Origin: a virus
Taxonomy: Duplodnaviria > Caudoviricetes
Reading direction: 5' to 3' (one strand)
Length of the DNA: 33,435 bases
Virus record (IMG/VR): IMGVR_UViG_3300044580_000097
Coordinates: 1 to 33,435 of that record
Below the pieces are notes generated by a model. The model did no database searches and was not told the DNA's origin. It saw only the letters and a program-made list of their open reading frames with translations. Positions 8,586-17,156 of the stretch are shown piece by piece. Numbering within the stretch: the first letter of the stretch is position 1; the number at the start of each line of letters is the position of its first letter. A program made the position numbers and the translations under genes.

Positions 8586-10001
8586 CTATGCTTCGTCTGC
8601 CCTGGTAATCAGAATCTGATAAGTAGCCGTTGAGCTTGCGTCAGCAGAGGTTACATTCACGTTGATGATATTTTCGCCAACCGCCAGGTTACGTGCGGCC
8701 GAGGCCTCAGCACTTGTAAGCGTTTCAGATCCAACCTTGATCACCTGATCATCGTGGGCGGCTGTTGCTGTTATGGTTGTTGATGTTACCTCGTTGGCTA
8801 CACTCATCGTGTAATCACGTTTCGAGGCGCTGAAAGCTGGCACCAATGCACCTGCGCTCAATACCAGGGCATCAAGTTCAGTTGAACCGGCAGCTACAGC
8901 CGCATCACGACCATCATACAGCACGATATCTTCTCCGAAAACGATATTGGTGTCAGCCTTCATCAGCATTTTGAAGAAATACTTCTCACCTGCGTTGGTC
9001 AACTTGTCGATAAGGATAGCATCCTGATCATCCACCAGCGACACACCCGCCCAGAAGTTCGAGTCAACACCGGTTGAGGTAACGGCAGCCACGATAACAT
9101 CTTTGGGCCAATCAGCAAGCGGGACAATACGGATACCTTTGAACCTTTCAGGGTTCATATTGGTATAGTCAGCACCTTTGGTCGGCTTGTCGGTCAGTTC
9201 ATATTCATAGCTCTCCGCGTCCTCTACGCTCATAAAGAGCTTCAGGTTAGGATTGTTTTTGATTGACTTGGGAATTCGTGCACGAACCAATTTCAACTTG
9301 GCGATAATGTTTGACTGAGTAAGCGCTACAGGCGTTGGAACCTTCACCACAGTTACATCCGCTGAAATTCTCGTTAAAATACCATCGAAGTATTTACCTT
9401 CCGTAGTACCTTTAACACCATTTATAAACTCACCCCCAAGCTCGAAGTCAACAACCTTAGCCAGTTCGGCAAGCAGCTTAGTCTGTACATCGGATGGCAG
9501 CTCCTCGAACACAAGGTTTCCGGTTGGCTGGAACGGACGCCAAATACTTTCAAACACTCGTGGATTGAACGTAGTAAACGCCATCACATCCTGAGGCTCG
9601 AGATACTTCTCATCTATTGTGAAATCTCCTTTGCTATCGGACTCAACAGGCTGCTCTTTGCGTTTTTGCAACATTTTACCTGCTTTTAGGCGCGGGATGG
9701 CAAATTTCTTTGTAACGTTAGGCTGAATGCGGATATGCCCACCGGCAACAAGCTCGTTGCCCGTAGTTGCCCGAACTAATAAGTCCTCGAGGACTTCGCC
9801 TGCGTAAGCGGATGTAATTGTTATTGCCATCGGCAAGACACCCGCTAACGGTTTGAACATGGAACCCACAACCGAGAGGGTGGTTCCAATACCGATAACG
9901 GCGGCAGGGTCAAAACCGGCGGCACTGGCAATGGCCGAGCCGGCAAGGATGTTGAAAAGCAACATCGTGAAAAGCGAAACTAAAATTTTCAGTGGTTTCA
10001 T
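8586..10001 (-). CDS. Major capsid protein with N-terminal hydrophobic hairpin and C-terminal cadherin-like beta-sandwich
   Basis: 471 aa directly downstream of protease/scaffold; C-terminal LVLSAGALVPAFSASKRDYT...LAVGENIINVNVTSAD..TYQILITR fits the cadherin-like pattern. Confidence 0.8.
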   Translation of the reverse strand: MKPLKILVSLFTMLLFNILAGSAIASAAGFDPAAVIGIGTTLSVVGSMFKPLAGVLPMAITITSAYAGEVLEDLLVRATTGNELVAGGHIRIQPNVTKKFAIPRLKAGKMLQKRKEQPVESDSKGDFTIDEKYLEPQDVMAFTTFNPRVFESIWRPFQPTGNLVFEELPSDVQTKLLAELAKVVDFELGGEFINGVKGTTEGKYFDGILTRISADVTVVKVPTPVALTQSNIIAKLKLVRARIPKSIKNNPNLKLFMSVEDAESYEYELTDKPTKGADYTNMNPERFKGIRIVPLADWPKDVIVAAVTSTGVDSNFWAGVSLVDDQDAILIDKLTNAGEKYFFKMLMKADTNIVFGEDIVLYDGRDAAVAAGSTELDALVLSAGALVPAFSASKRDYTMSVANEVTSTTITATAAHDDQVIKVGSETLTSAEASAARNLAVGENIINVNVTSADASSTATYQILITRADEA

Positions 10002-10063
10002 ACTTTAAAAATTGATTGTTAAATAATGATTATTTGCTGTTTAATTACCTTTTGAAAGGGCGG

Positions 10064-11002
10064 TTAACGCTTTTTGGCGTTTGCCTCGATTTCCTTCTGC
10101 CTTTTTTCCCAGGCGCTTTCGCCCTCAGCCGACGTGTCGGCAAGGTTAGCAGCCACCGATTTGCGTTTGCCCATCGATTGCAACATTTCCATAGTAGCCA
10201 CCGGATTAGCATCGTACAGTTCAAGCATTTTAGCTTTTACTGAACCGTCTGCTTTTTCGCTTAGCCGGCCATCTTTAAATGCCTCTGCCAGTTCCTTCTC
10301 AAAAGCAGCTTTTTTTTCTGTTTTCTCCGCTAATTCAATGGCGTCGATACGGTCCTGCAGCTCCTTTTTTTGGTCCTGCTCTCTTTTCAGGTCGGCCTTA
10401 AGCTGCACATTTTCTTCCTGGATGGGCTTGACAGCATTAATTGCATCCTGTTCGGTTGCACCATCCTGTAACTTTAAAAATTTTAAAAGTTCCTTCATTT
10501 CGTTGTTATTTGGGGTTAATTCATTCAAGGGGATATTATCACCGCCGGCCGACAGTTCTATAAGATTGTCGTTGTCGTCGTATAGCGCCAGGGCATTATC
10601 ATTCGATCCGATATCAACAATGGAAGCCTCACGAACTTTAAATTTCAACACCGTTTCATATCGCTGACCCGGTTTCACATAAATAGTATCAGAGGAAGAC
10701 TCGATAACGCGAACGCCAAGTGAACACATTCTAAGCGTTCCCGACTCCACCTTTTCCTCGATCTTCTGTGAGAACTCATCTGTATCAAACACGGCATCAG
10801 CAAGTATCTTATCACCCTCGATACGGATGTTTTCCCAATGTCCGATTGGCAGCACCTCATCCTCTGTCCCCCGCCATCCCCGGTTATGATTCCATAGCAT
10901 GATGGGATTTTTTTGAAATTGTGTAAGGTCGGCACCGGAGGTGCGCATCCAAAATCCGTTACTGTTTATTGATTCATCGTGAAGCACGAATGTTTTTGCC
11001 AT
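10064..11002 (-). CDS. Prohead maturation protease fused to scaffold (Mu gpI/Z-like)
   Basis: KNPIMLWNH, LPIGHW, CSLG, EASIVDIGSN protease motifs; charged coiled-coil C-half. Confidence 0.88.
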   Translation of the reverse strand: MAKTFVLHDESINSNGFWMRTSGADLTQFQKNPIMLWNHNRGWRGTEDEVLPIGHWENIRIEGDKILADAVFDTDEFSQKIEEKVESGTLRMCSLGVRVIESSSDTIYVKPGQRYETVLKFKVREASIVDIGSNDNALALYDDNDNLIELSAGGDNIPLNELTPNNNEMKELLKFLKLQDGATEQDAINAVKPIQEENVQLKADLKREQDQKKELQDRIDAIELAEKTEKKAAFEKELAEAFKDGRLSEKADGSVKAKMLELYDANPVATMEMLQSMGKRKSVAANLADTSAEGESAWEKRQKEIEANAKKR

Positions 11003-11151
11003 ATTTTCAAAATTTTGCTGTTAGTTGCACTTTGTGAAGACAAAAATCCAATATAATCCCTGAGCATCAAAAAAACTATGACATTGTGTCAGTCATTTTT
11101 TACATTCAGCATTTAAACAGGTTATTTTGCTGGAAATTTAAACATGTAATA
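11003..11151. promoter_or_regulatory. Divergent late promoter region with palindrome TGACA-ttg-TGTCA (11079-11091) and operator-like CACTTTGTGAA (11028-11038)
   Basis: Gap between divergent structural operons; motifs read directly. Confidence 0.6.
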
Positions 11152-11607
11152 ATGTCAGCAGCAAGAGAAACAAAACAGGAGCGCACACGGAAAAAAGAGC
11201 TCGCGCAGTTCTTCTATTGCAATTCACAACTATCACAAAAAGAGATTGCCGAAAAGGTGGGTACCTCCGAGGTTAGTATGAGCAAATGGGTAAGAGAGGG
11301 AAAATGGGACACCCTGAAGGCATCTATAACCATCACACGCCAGGAACAGCTTAACCGGGTGTATCAGCAGATCTCTGCCATAAACAACAAAATCACCGAG
11401 GAACAAAAAGGTATTCCTACCGGTGCCGATGCTGATGTGCTGGCCAAACTCGCCGCAGTGGTTGAACGCCTGGAAAAGGAAACATCCATTACCGATGTGG
11501 TGAGCGTATCTATGAAGTTCCTGGACTGGTTACGCAAAATCGACACAGAAAAAGCCAAGGAACTAAGTAATTTATTCGATGCGTTTATAAAGGATTTATT
11601 GAGATAA
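11152..11607 (+). CDS. Terminase small subunit-like HTH protein (Mu gp27/DUF1804-like)
   Basis: LSQKEIAEKVGTSEVSMSKWVREGKWD HTH; upstream of TerL; ATG 11152 preferred over track start 11086. Confidence 0.75.
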   Translation: MSAARETKQERTRKKELAQFFYCNSQLSQKEIAEKVGTSEVSMSKWVREGKWDTLKASITITRQEQLNRVYQQISAINNKITEEQKGIPTGADADVLAKLAAVVERLEKETSITDVVSVSMKFLDWLRKIDTEKAKELSNLFDAFIKDLLR

Positions 11608-11638
11608 TCAACATAATGTTTAACTAATTCAAATTCTT

Positions 11639-11707
11639 ATGAGTGCAGAAGCTTATAAAGCCCTACAGCAGTGGGAAGCTTTCAGAACAGAACTTTTAAA
11701 GTCGTAA
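11639..11707 (+). CDS. 22-aa micro-ORF resembling the TerL N-terminal helix
   Basis: MSAEAYKALQQWEAFRTELLKS fills the TerS-TerL gap; W/E/F/L pattern matches the TerL N-terminus. Confidence 0.4.
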   Translation: MSAEAYKALQQWEAFRTELLKS

Positions 11708-11715
11708 GTTGAAAA

Positions 11716-13245
11716 ATGGCAACAGCAAAGGACAAACAATCTATCAGGGAGTGGGACGAATACGTCAAGGCATTGCGTACCGACACAGCCCTCGAGGCCG
11801 ACAAGTCGAAGGCGGATATTGAAAAGCATCGACACAGCCTCGAGCGCGATCCGGTCGCGTGGATGAAATACATGTTTCCCAACTATGCCACGGCAGACTT
11901 TGCCCCATTCCATAAAAGATTCATCAAAAGGGCAGTCGACAACGCCGAGTGGTACGAAGTGATATCCTGGGCTCGCGAGCTGGCCAAGGACACCGTGGTT
12001 ATGATGACCATGATGTACCTGAACCTCACGGGAAAGAAGAAATTTACCATCTTCGTGTCAAGCTCCTACGATGCCGCCTGTGACTTGTTGTTGCCCTACA
12101 TGCTAAACTTCGAAGCCAACAGTCGTATTATTGCATATTACGGAGAGCAAAAGAAGTGGGGAAGCTGGGAAAGCGGGAACTTCACGACTAAATGCATGGC
12201 GCGCTACGTGGCAATCGGTGCCGGGCAGTCTCCGCGTGGAAAGAAGAATGAAGCCCTTCGTCCGGATTCCATCATACTCACCGACTTAGACACCGATGAA
12301 GATACCCGGAACAAAGATACCATCGACAAGCGATGGGATTGGGTTGAAAAGGCACTGATCCCGACCCGGTCGGTGAGTAAGCCGCTGTTAACCCTGGTGC
12401 TTGGGAATATAATCGCCAAAGATTGTTGTGTAACACGTGCCGGTAAGATGGCCGACAATTGGGACATCGTTAACATCCGTGACAAGGATGGCAAAAGCTC
12501 ATGGCCGGCAAAGAACACCGAAGCGATGATCGACCGGGTACTGAGTAAAATCAGCACGAAAGCTGCCCAGGGGGAGTACTTTAATAACCCGCTTTCTGAA
12601 GGAGATATCTTCCGGGAAGAAACATGGGGGAAATGTCCTCCGTTGTCGAAACTGCCCTACGCACTGGTGTATGCCGACCCCTCGCCATCAAACAAGGACA
12701 AGCAGAAAAAGGGCACTTCCTTCAAGTCCGCCTGGCTGATGGGATACAAAGAGGGTGTATTCTATGTATATAAAGGATTCCTGGAACAAACCAACACCGA
12801 CACTTTCGTTAACTGGTTCTACGACCTGCGAGACTGGGCGGGTGGGAAAGCGCTTCTCTACAATTACATCGAGAATAACAGCTTACAGGATCCATTTTAT
12901 GAACAGGTTATACAACCGAAATTTCTGGAGCTTGGCAAAACAAAAGGGTACATCAACATTACGCCCGACACGCGCCGCAAACCGGACAAGCCGGTACGTA
13001 TCGAGGGAACACTTGAACCGCTATGGCGAACCGGGCAGCTGGTGTTCAATATCGACGAGAAAGATAATCCGCACATGATGCGCCTGGTGGAGCAATTCAA
13101 GCTATTCACCATGCAGATGAAAGCCCCAGGTGATGGTCCCGACTGTATTGAGGGTGGCGTATGGATCCTGAATCAAAAAATAAGGGTGGCAACACCTTCT
13201 GATTTTAAAACATTTTCAAAACACGCGAACAACAAACGCATTTAA
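11716..13245 (+). CDS. Terminase large subunit (Mu gp28-like)
   Basis: 509 aa; WARELAKDT (deviant Walker A), IILTDLD (Walker B-like), YADPS and DGPDC nuclease motifs. Confidence 0.88.
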   Translation: MATAKDKQSIREWDEYVKALRTDTALEADKSKADIEKHRHSLERDPVAWMKYMFPNYATADFAPFHKRFIKRAVDNAEWYEVISWARELAKDTVVMMTMMYLNLTGKKKFTIFVSSSYDAACDLLLPYMLNFEANSRIIAYYGEQKKWGSWESGNFTTKCMARYVAIGAGQSPRGKKNEALRPDSIILTDLDTDEDTRNKDTIDKRWDWVEKALIPTRSVSKPLLTLVLGNIIAKDCCVTRAGKMADNWDIVNIRDKDGKSSWPAKNTEAMIDRVLSKISTKAAQGEYFNNPLSEGDIFREETWGKCPPLSKLPYALVYADPSPSNKDKQKKGTSFKSAWLMGYKEGVFYVYKGFLEQTNTDTFVNWFYDLRDWAGGKALLYNYIENNSLQDPFYEQVIQPKFLELGKTKGYINITPDTRRKPDKPVRIEGTLEPLWRTGQLVFNIDEKDNPHMMRLVEQFKLFTMQMKAPGDGPDCIEGGVWILNQKIRVATPSDFKTFSKHANNKRI

Positions 13246-13255
13246 CCCACACACG

Positions 13256-13609
13256 ATGAACATTTTTAAACGCATTAAAAGGGCCGCCAGGCACGCACGC
13301 ATCAGGCGTGAAACAAAAAGAATGAACCGGCTGCAAGGATTCAGGTATTTCAATCGCGCATGCCTCGATGCCGAAAGGCTGGCATGTGAAACCGGCAAAC
13401 GATACAGGGTATATCTTTTTGACCGGTACCGGGCATATTCCAGGGAGGATATCTGCCTGATGAAGAATCGCGGGATAATCTCCAAAAAACAGGAAACCGG
13501 CATGTACAGTAAGATGGTACTTTACGATACGTTTACCCATACCATTACGCATCCCGATTTTTTAAACCACAAAATAAAACTATCATGTACGTTACGCAGG
13601 AAGAAATAA
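13256..13609 (+). CDS. Hypothetical basic phage protein
   Basis: 117 aa, tight operon packing, overlaps next gene. Confidence 0.55.
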   Translation: MNIFKRIKRAARHARIRRETKRMNRLQGFRYFNRACLDAERLACETGKRYRVYLFDRYRAYSREDICLMKNRGIISKKQETGMYSKMVLYDTFTHTITHPDFLNHKIKLSCTLRRKK

Positions 13610-14007
13610 AAACTCATCTCTACGATGAGCAAATCGTCAGCATTGCCAGTGGTGATCTGTCAAACCTATTAAAAGCCATCAACGTGGCAATTGCCGAAGC
13701 TCGGGGCTATCTCACGCAACGATATGATATTGATGCAGAACTTGCCAAAACGGGCGAAGATCGCAACGACCTGCTTGTGCTTTGGATTAAGGACATCGCC
13801 GTGTGGCATTTTGTGAACATCTGCAACGTGAACACCTCGCTCGAGCTAAGAGCCAAGCGCCGGGATGATGCGGTATCCGAACTTGTGAAAATTCAAAAGG
13901 GCAATTTCGATATTAATTTACCACACCGTAAGGATGAGTCGGGAAACGAGATAAACTCAACCCCATTTGCTTTCGGATCCAACCCACGAAGGGAATCACA
14001 CATTTAA
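13585..14007 (+). CDS. Mu gp36-like head-tail adaptor (DUF1320)
   Basis: MYVTQEE..AIAEARGYLTQRYD..DIAVWH..A+..L..IQKG pattern; beside portal. Confidence 0.8.
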   Translation: MYVTQEEIKTHLYDEQIVSIASGDLSNLLKAINVAIAEARGYLTQRYDIDAELAKTGEDRNDLLVLWIKDIAVWHFVNICNVNTSLELRAKRRDDAVSELVKIQKGNFDINLPHRKDESGNEINSTPFAFGSNPRRESHI

Positions 14008-14019
14008 AAATTTGATAGG

Positions 14020-16530
14020 ATGGCAAAGAAAAACAATACGCTTCAAAGCATGCCTGCCGGGGCAGTAATCAAAGCCTTGGTTATACAACCGGCCAAAGTC
14101 GAATCGGCAGATATTGGCACCTGGAGAACAGCACTCAACCAAGCCAACAAGGGCAATCGTACAAAACTTTATGACCTGCTCGACAATGTGATGATGGATC
14201 CGGTACTCTCGTCAGCTGTTGAACGACGAGTGAATAAAATCACCAACGCCGAAATCACCTTTCAGCGTGATGGAGAGTCTGTAGAGGAGATAGACGACAT
14301 AATTGATACTCCGGAATTTGAAATGCTCATCGAGGAAATTGCCAAAGCCCGCGCTTATGGCAAGTCAGTTATAGAAGTAGGTTTTGCACCCGGGTTTGAC
14401 GTCTTCTCATTCCCGCGCAAGCACATCAAGATCACAAACCTGGATAAACCACTTTCGGAACGTAAGCGTTTTATTGCCGCCAAGCCAACTGATCAAAACG
14501 GCTATGACTACACGCAGGATGAGTTTATCTTCGAATGTGGCAAGGATGATGATTTTGGTTATATCTTCAAAGCAGCTGCATACGTAATTTATAAACGTGG
14601 CGGCTTTGGCGACTGGGCACAGTACGCGGAGATTTTCGGGATGCCATTCCTGGTAGGAAAATACAATAGCGCCGATGAGAAACAGCGCGACATGCTCTTC
14701 GAGGCCCTCTCCATGATTGGCGGCAAACCCGTGGCAGCCGTTCCTGATGGCACCTCGCTTGACGTACACGACACGGGTGGAAGTTCTACCGACCTGTATG
14801 ATCGTTTTAAGAAAGCATGTAACGAGGAGATACTTATCGCAGTATTGGGGCAAAGTATGACAACCACCGACGGCAGTAGCCGTTCGCAGGCCGAGGTGCA
14901 CGAGGACACTGAAGAGGGTATCGCACAATCAGACCGGCGCTATGTACAGCGTATGCTTAACCGTTACCTTGTTCCCCTGTTGGTAAAAAGAGGATACAAA
15001 GCTGAAGGTGGATTCTTCCTCTTCCCCGATGCTGGTGAAAATATATCAACCAAGGACAGACTCGAAATGGGGTTCTCAATGCGTCGTGAAGGGCTGGACG
15101 TTGATGAGGATTACTTCTTTGAAATATCCGGGATACCACGTGCTAAGGCTGGGGCAAAAAAAACAGAGCCAAAGCCAAAAGCAGAGCCTGATCCGAAAGA
15201 TCCCCCGGCTAAACAGGTGAAGCTCGCCGACACGGACGATGATAGCGGTTTTTTAAAGTGGCTGAAAGATTTTTTCGTTTCCGCCCGGACGATAGGGAGC
15301 CGGGCAAATCTGAATTTGCACGGGAAATCGACGAGCTATACTCACACCGGCATTGAGCTGGCCGACACGGTCGATACCGGTCTGAACGTTGATAAGTTGT
15401 TCGAGCAGGCGCTGCGCAATATCTATAAGAAAAAAGGCGGTAAAGTACCTCTTGTAGAGGAGAACCTGTTCAACATTTCAAACACGGCATATCAAAAGGC
15501 AATTGACACACAGTTCAAATCTGCAGGTGTTGAATTCGGAAAGAAAAACCAGCCGTTTATCGATGAGTTTAAAAGTAATGCCGCTGTTTTCGCAGCTTTC
15601 AAAAACCACCGTCAAACCACCGAGATAGCCGGCCAGCTGATGGACGAAAATGGGAACCTGCGTTCGTTCCACGACTTCAAAAAGGCAGTACTGGGCACTT
15701 CTATCAAAGCCGACTATAACAAGCGTTGGTTACTAACCGAATACAATACCGCCGTGCGCTCTGCCCGATCGGCCGCCAAGTTCAAAAAGTTTGAAGCCAC
15801 AAAGTACCTTTATCCCAACCTGGAGTTCATGCCATCCACGGCTGCCAATCCACGTGAAGAGCATAAAGAGTATTACGGCACCATCCTACCAATAGATCAT
15901 CCTTGGTGGAACGGACACACCCCACCAATCGATTGGGGCTGCGAGTGCGGAATACGCAACACTGACAAGCCCGTTACGGCAGTTCCTGCAGAATCTGAAC
16001 CCCTTGACCCGGTATTTGACAATAACCCGGGAAAAACTGCCCAGATGGTTAACATGAAAGAACACCCTTATGTGAAGTCATGCCCTGTAAGGATTCATCA
16101 GGATGTCATTGTGTTCAGCGAAAAATGGATGGCCGCTCAAGAAAGAAAACGGCAGAGACGTAACCAGGTATTAGCGGAGCAAAAGAAAACGGCGTTTTCA
16201 AAAATAGCGGGTAAGTCCGTATTAAATACCGACATAGGCAAAGAAATAAAATTTACAAAGACTGGTATCAAAGAGTTTCTAAACCAGCCACACAAACACT
16301 ACAGCGAAAAGAACAAAATGCTCAAGAGCATAAGAAATGTTCTTAAGAAGGCCAAATACATTGGTAAAAGTGATTTTAAAAATAAACCTGGTATAGTTGC
16401 ATCTCATATCTTCGAGACACAGCTCAAAGGGGATAAAACGTGGCTAATTGTAAGGGAAAGCAGTAATGGAGATTTGAACCTATATAGCATAACAGATAGC
16501 GAAAAAGTTACTAAAGACTTAAAAAAATAA
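14020..16530 (+). CDS. Portal (DUF935/Mu gp29) fused to MuF (gp30/SPP1 gp7-like) and a C-terminal basic LPD3/BECR-like domain
   Basis: Portal motifs WAQYAEIFGMP, VLGQSMTT, SRSQAEVH (aa ~1-375); MuF motifs WLLTEYNTAV, PREEH, PPIDWGCEC; C-terminal ~110 aa IKFTKTGIKEFLNQPH...WLIVRE...LYSITD. Confidence 0.85.
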   Translation: MAKKNNTLQSMPAGAVIKALVIQPAKVESADIGTWRTALNQANKGNRTKLYDLLDNVMMDPVLSSAVERRVNKITNAEITFQRDGESVEEIDDIIDTPEFEMLIEEIAKARAYGKSVIEVGFAPGFDVFSFPRKHIKITNLDKPLSERKRFIAAKPTDQNGYDYTQDEFIFECGKDDDFGYIFKAAAYVIYKRGGFGDWAQYAEIFGMPFLVGKYNSADEKQRDMLFEALSMIGGKPVAAVPDGTSLDVHDTGGSSTDLYDRFKKACNEEILIAVLGQSMTTTDGSSRSQAEVHEDTEEGIAQSDRRYVQRMLNRYLVPLLVKRGYKAEGGFFLFPDAGENISTKDRLEMGFSMRREGLDVDEDYFFEISGIPRAKAGAKKTEPKPKAEPDPKDPPAKQVKLADTDDDSGFLKWLKDFFVSARTIGSRANLNLHGKSTSYTHTGIELADTVDTGLNVDKLFEQALRNIYKKKGGKVPLVEENLFNISNTAYQKAIDTQFKSAGVEFGKKNQPFIDEFKSNAAVFAAFKNHRQTTEIAGQLMDENGNLRSFHDFKKAVLGTSIKADYNKRWLLTEYNTAVRSARSAAKFKKFEATKYLYPNLEFMPSTAANPREEHKEYYGTILPIDHPWWNGHTPPIDWGCECGIRNTDKPVTAVPAESEPLDPVFDNNPGKTAQMVNMKEHPYVKSCPVRIHQDVIVFSEKWMAAQERKRQRRNQVLAEQKKTAFSKIAGKSVLNTDIGKEIKFTKTGIKEFLNQPHKHYSEKNKMLKSIRNVLKKAKYIGKSDFKNKPGIVASHIFETQLKGDKTWLIVRESSNGDLNLYSITDSEKVTKDLKK
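15249..15305 (+). promoter_or_regulatory. Candidate -1 frameshift cassette at portal/MuF junction
   Basis: In-frame T TTT TTC (15270-15276), 6-nt spacer, GCCCGG/CCGGGC stem (15283-15305); extra T TTT TTA AAG at 15249-15258. Confidence 0.6.
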
Positions 16531-16605
16531 CTGCTAAAAAACCGCTTAAAGGGACTACAACCCAGTGCACGACGTTTAGTAACAGTTATTCTTTATGCAA
16601 AGATA
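16521..16605 (-). ncRNA. Candidate ~70-nt small RNA with its own promoter, convergent on the fusion gene stop
   Basis: TATCTTTG -7 box (16605-16598), long imperfect stem (16526-16538 / 16575-16590), U7 tract (16527-16521). Confidence 0.45.
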
Positions 16606-16647
16606 CAAAACTTTTTAATATCAACACTCATTTTTAAATATTTAACA

Positions 16648-17145
16648 ATGAATCCCGATGAATTCAAACAGGCTATTGCTGATAAAATGGACGAAATTCA
16701 GCGTTATCGCGACGAAGATCTGCCGCACGTGGTAGGCAAAGAAGCCGTTGATCACTTCCAGGACTCATTCGTTAACGAAGGGTTTACAGACCAAGCGGTT
16801 GAAAAGTGGCCGGAGGTAGAGCGCCGTAATCCGGATAGCCCCTGGTATGGGTTCTCGACTTTAAATAAGGGCAGGTTCTCACAGGCAAGATCTGTGGACA
16901 AGATTCTAACCGGAGAAACAAACGAACTCCGGAACTCGATTGATTATGAGGTGAACCCTGGTCGGGTGACGGTGGGAACGGATAAGATATACGCATCGGT
17001 TCACCAATTCGGACAACGGGCGATGGTGTTCGGCAAAAAAGCATTCACAATGAAAGCACGTCCGTTTATCGGCAAATCAGAGGTGTTAAGCCGGGCAATC
17101 CGGGCAAAGATAGAGCGAGATCTTGAAAGGATATTTAATCAGTAA
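16648..17145 (+). CDS. Phage virion morphogenesis protein (Mu gpG / P2 gpS-like)
   Basis: ILTGETNELRNSI, YASVHQFG, MKARPFIG motifs. Confidence 0.88.
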   Translation: MNPDEFKQAIADKMDEIQRYRDEDLPHVVGKEAVDHFQDSFVNEGFTDQAVEKWPEVERRNPDSPWYGFSTLNKGRFSQARSVDKILTGETNELRNSIDYEVNPGRVTVGTDKIYASVHQFGQRAMVFGKKAFTMKARPFIGKSEVLSRAIRAKIERDLERIFNQ

Positions 17146-17156
17146 TTAAACAGCTT

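Noticed and set aside
2484-10935. Plus-strand and off-frame ORFs inside TMP, tail, lysis, capsid and protease genes
   Set aside because: Antisense or off-frame shadows of well-supported genes, with no motifs
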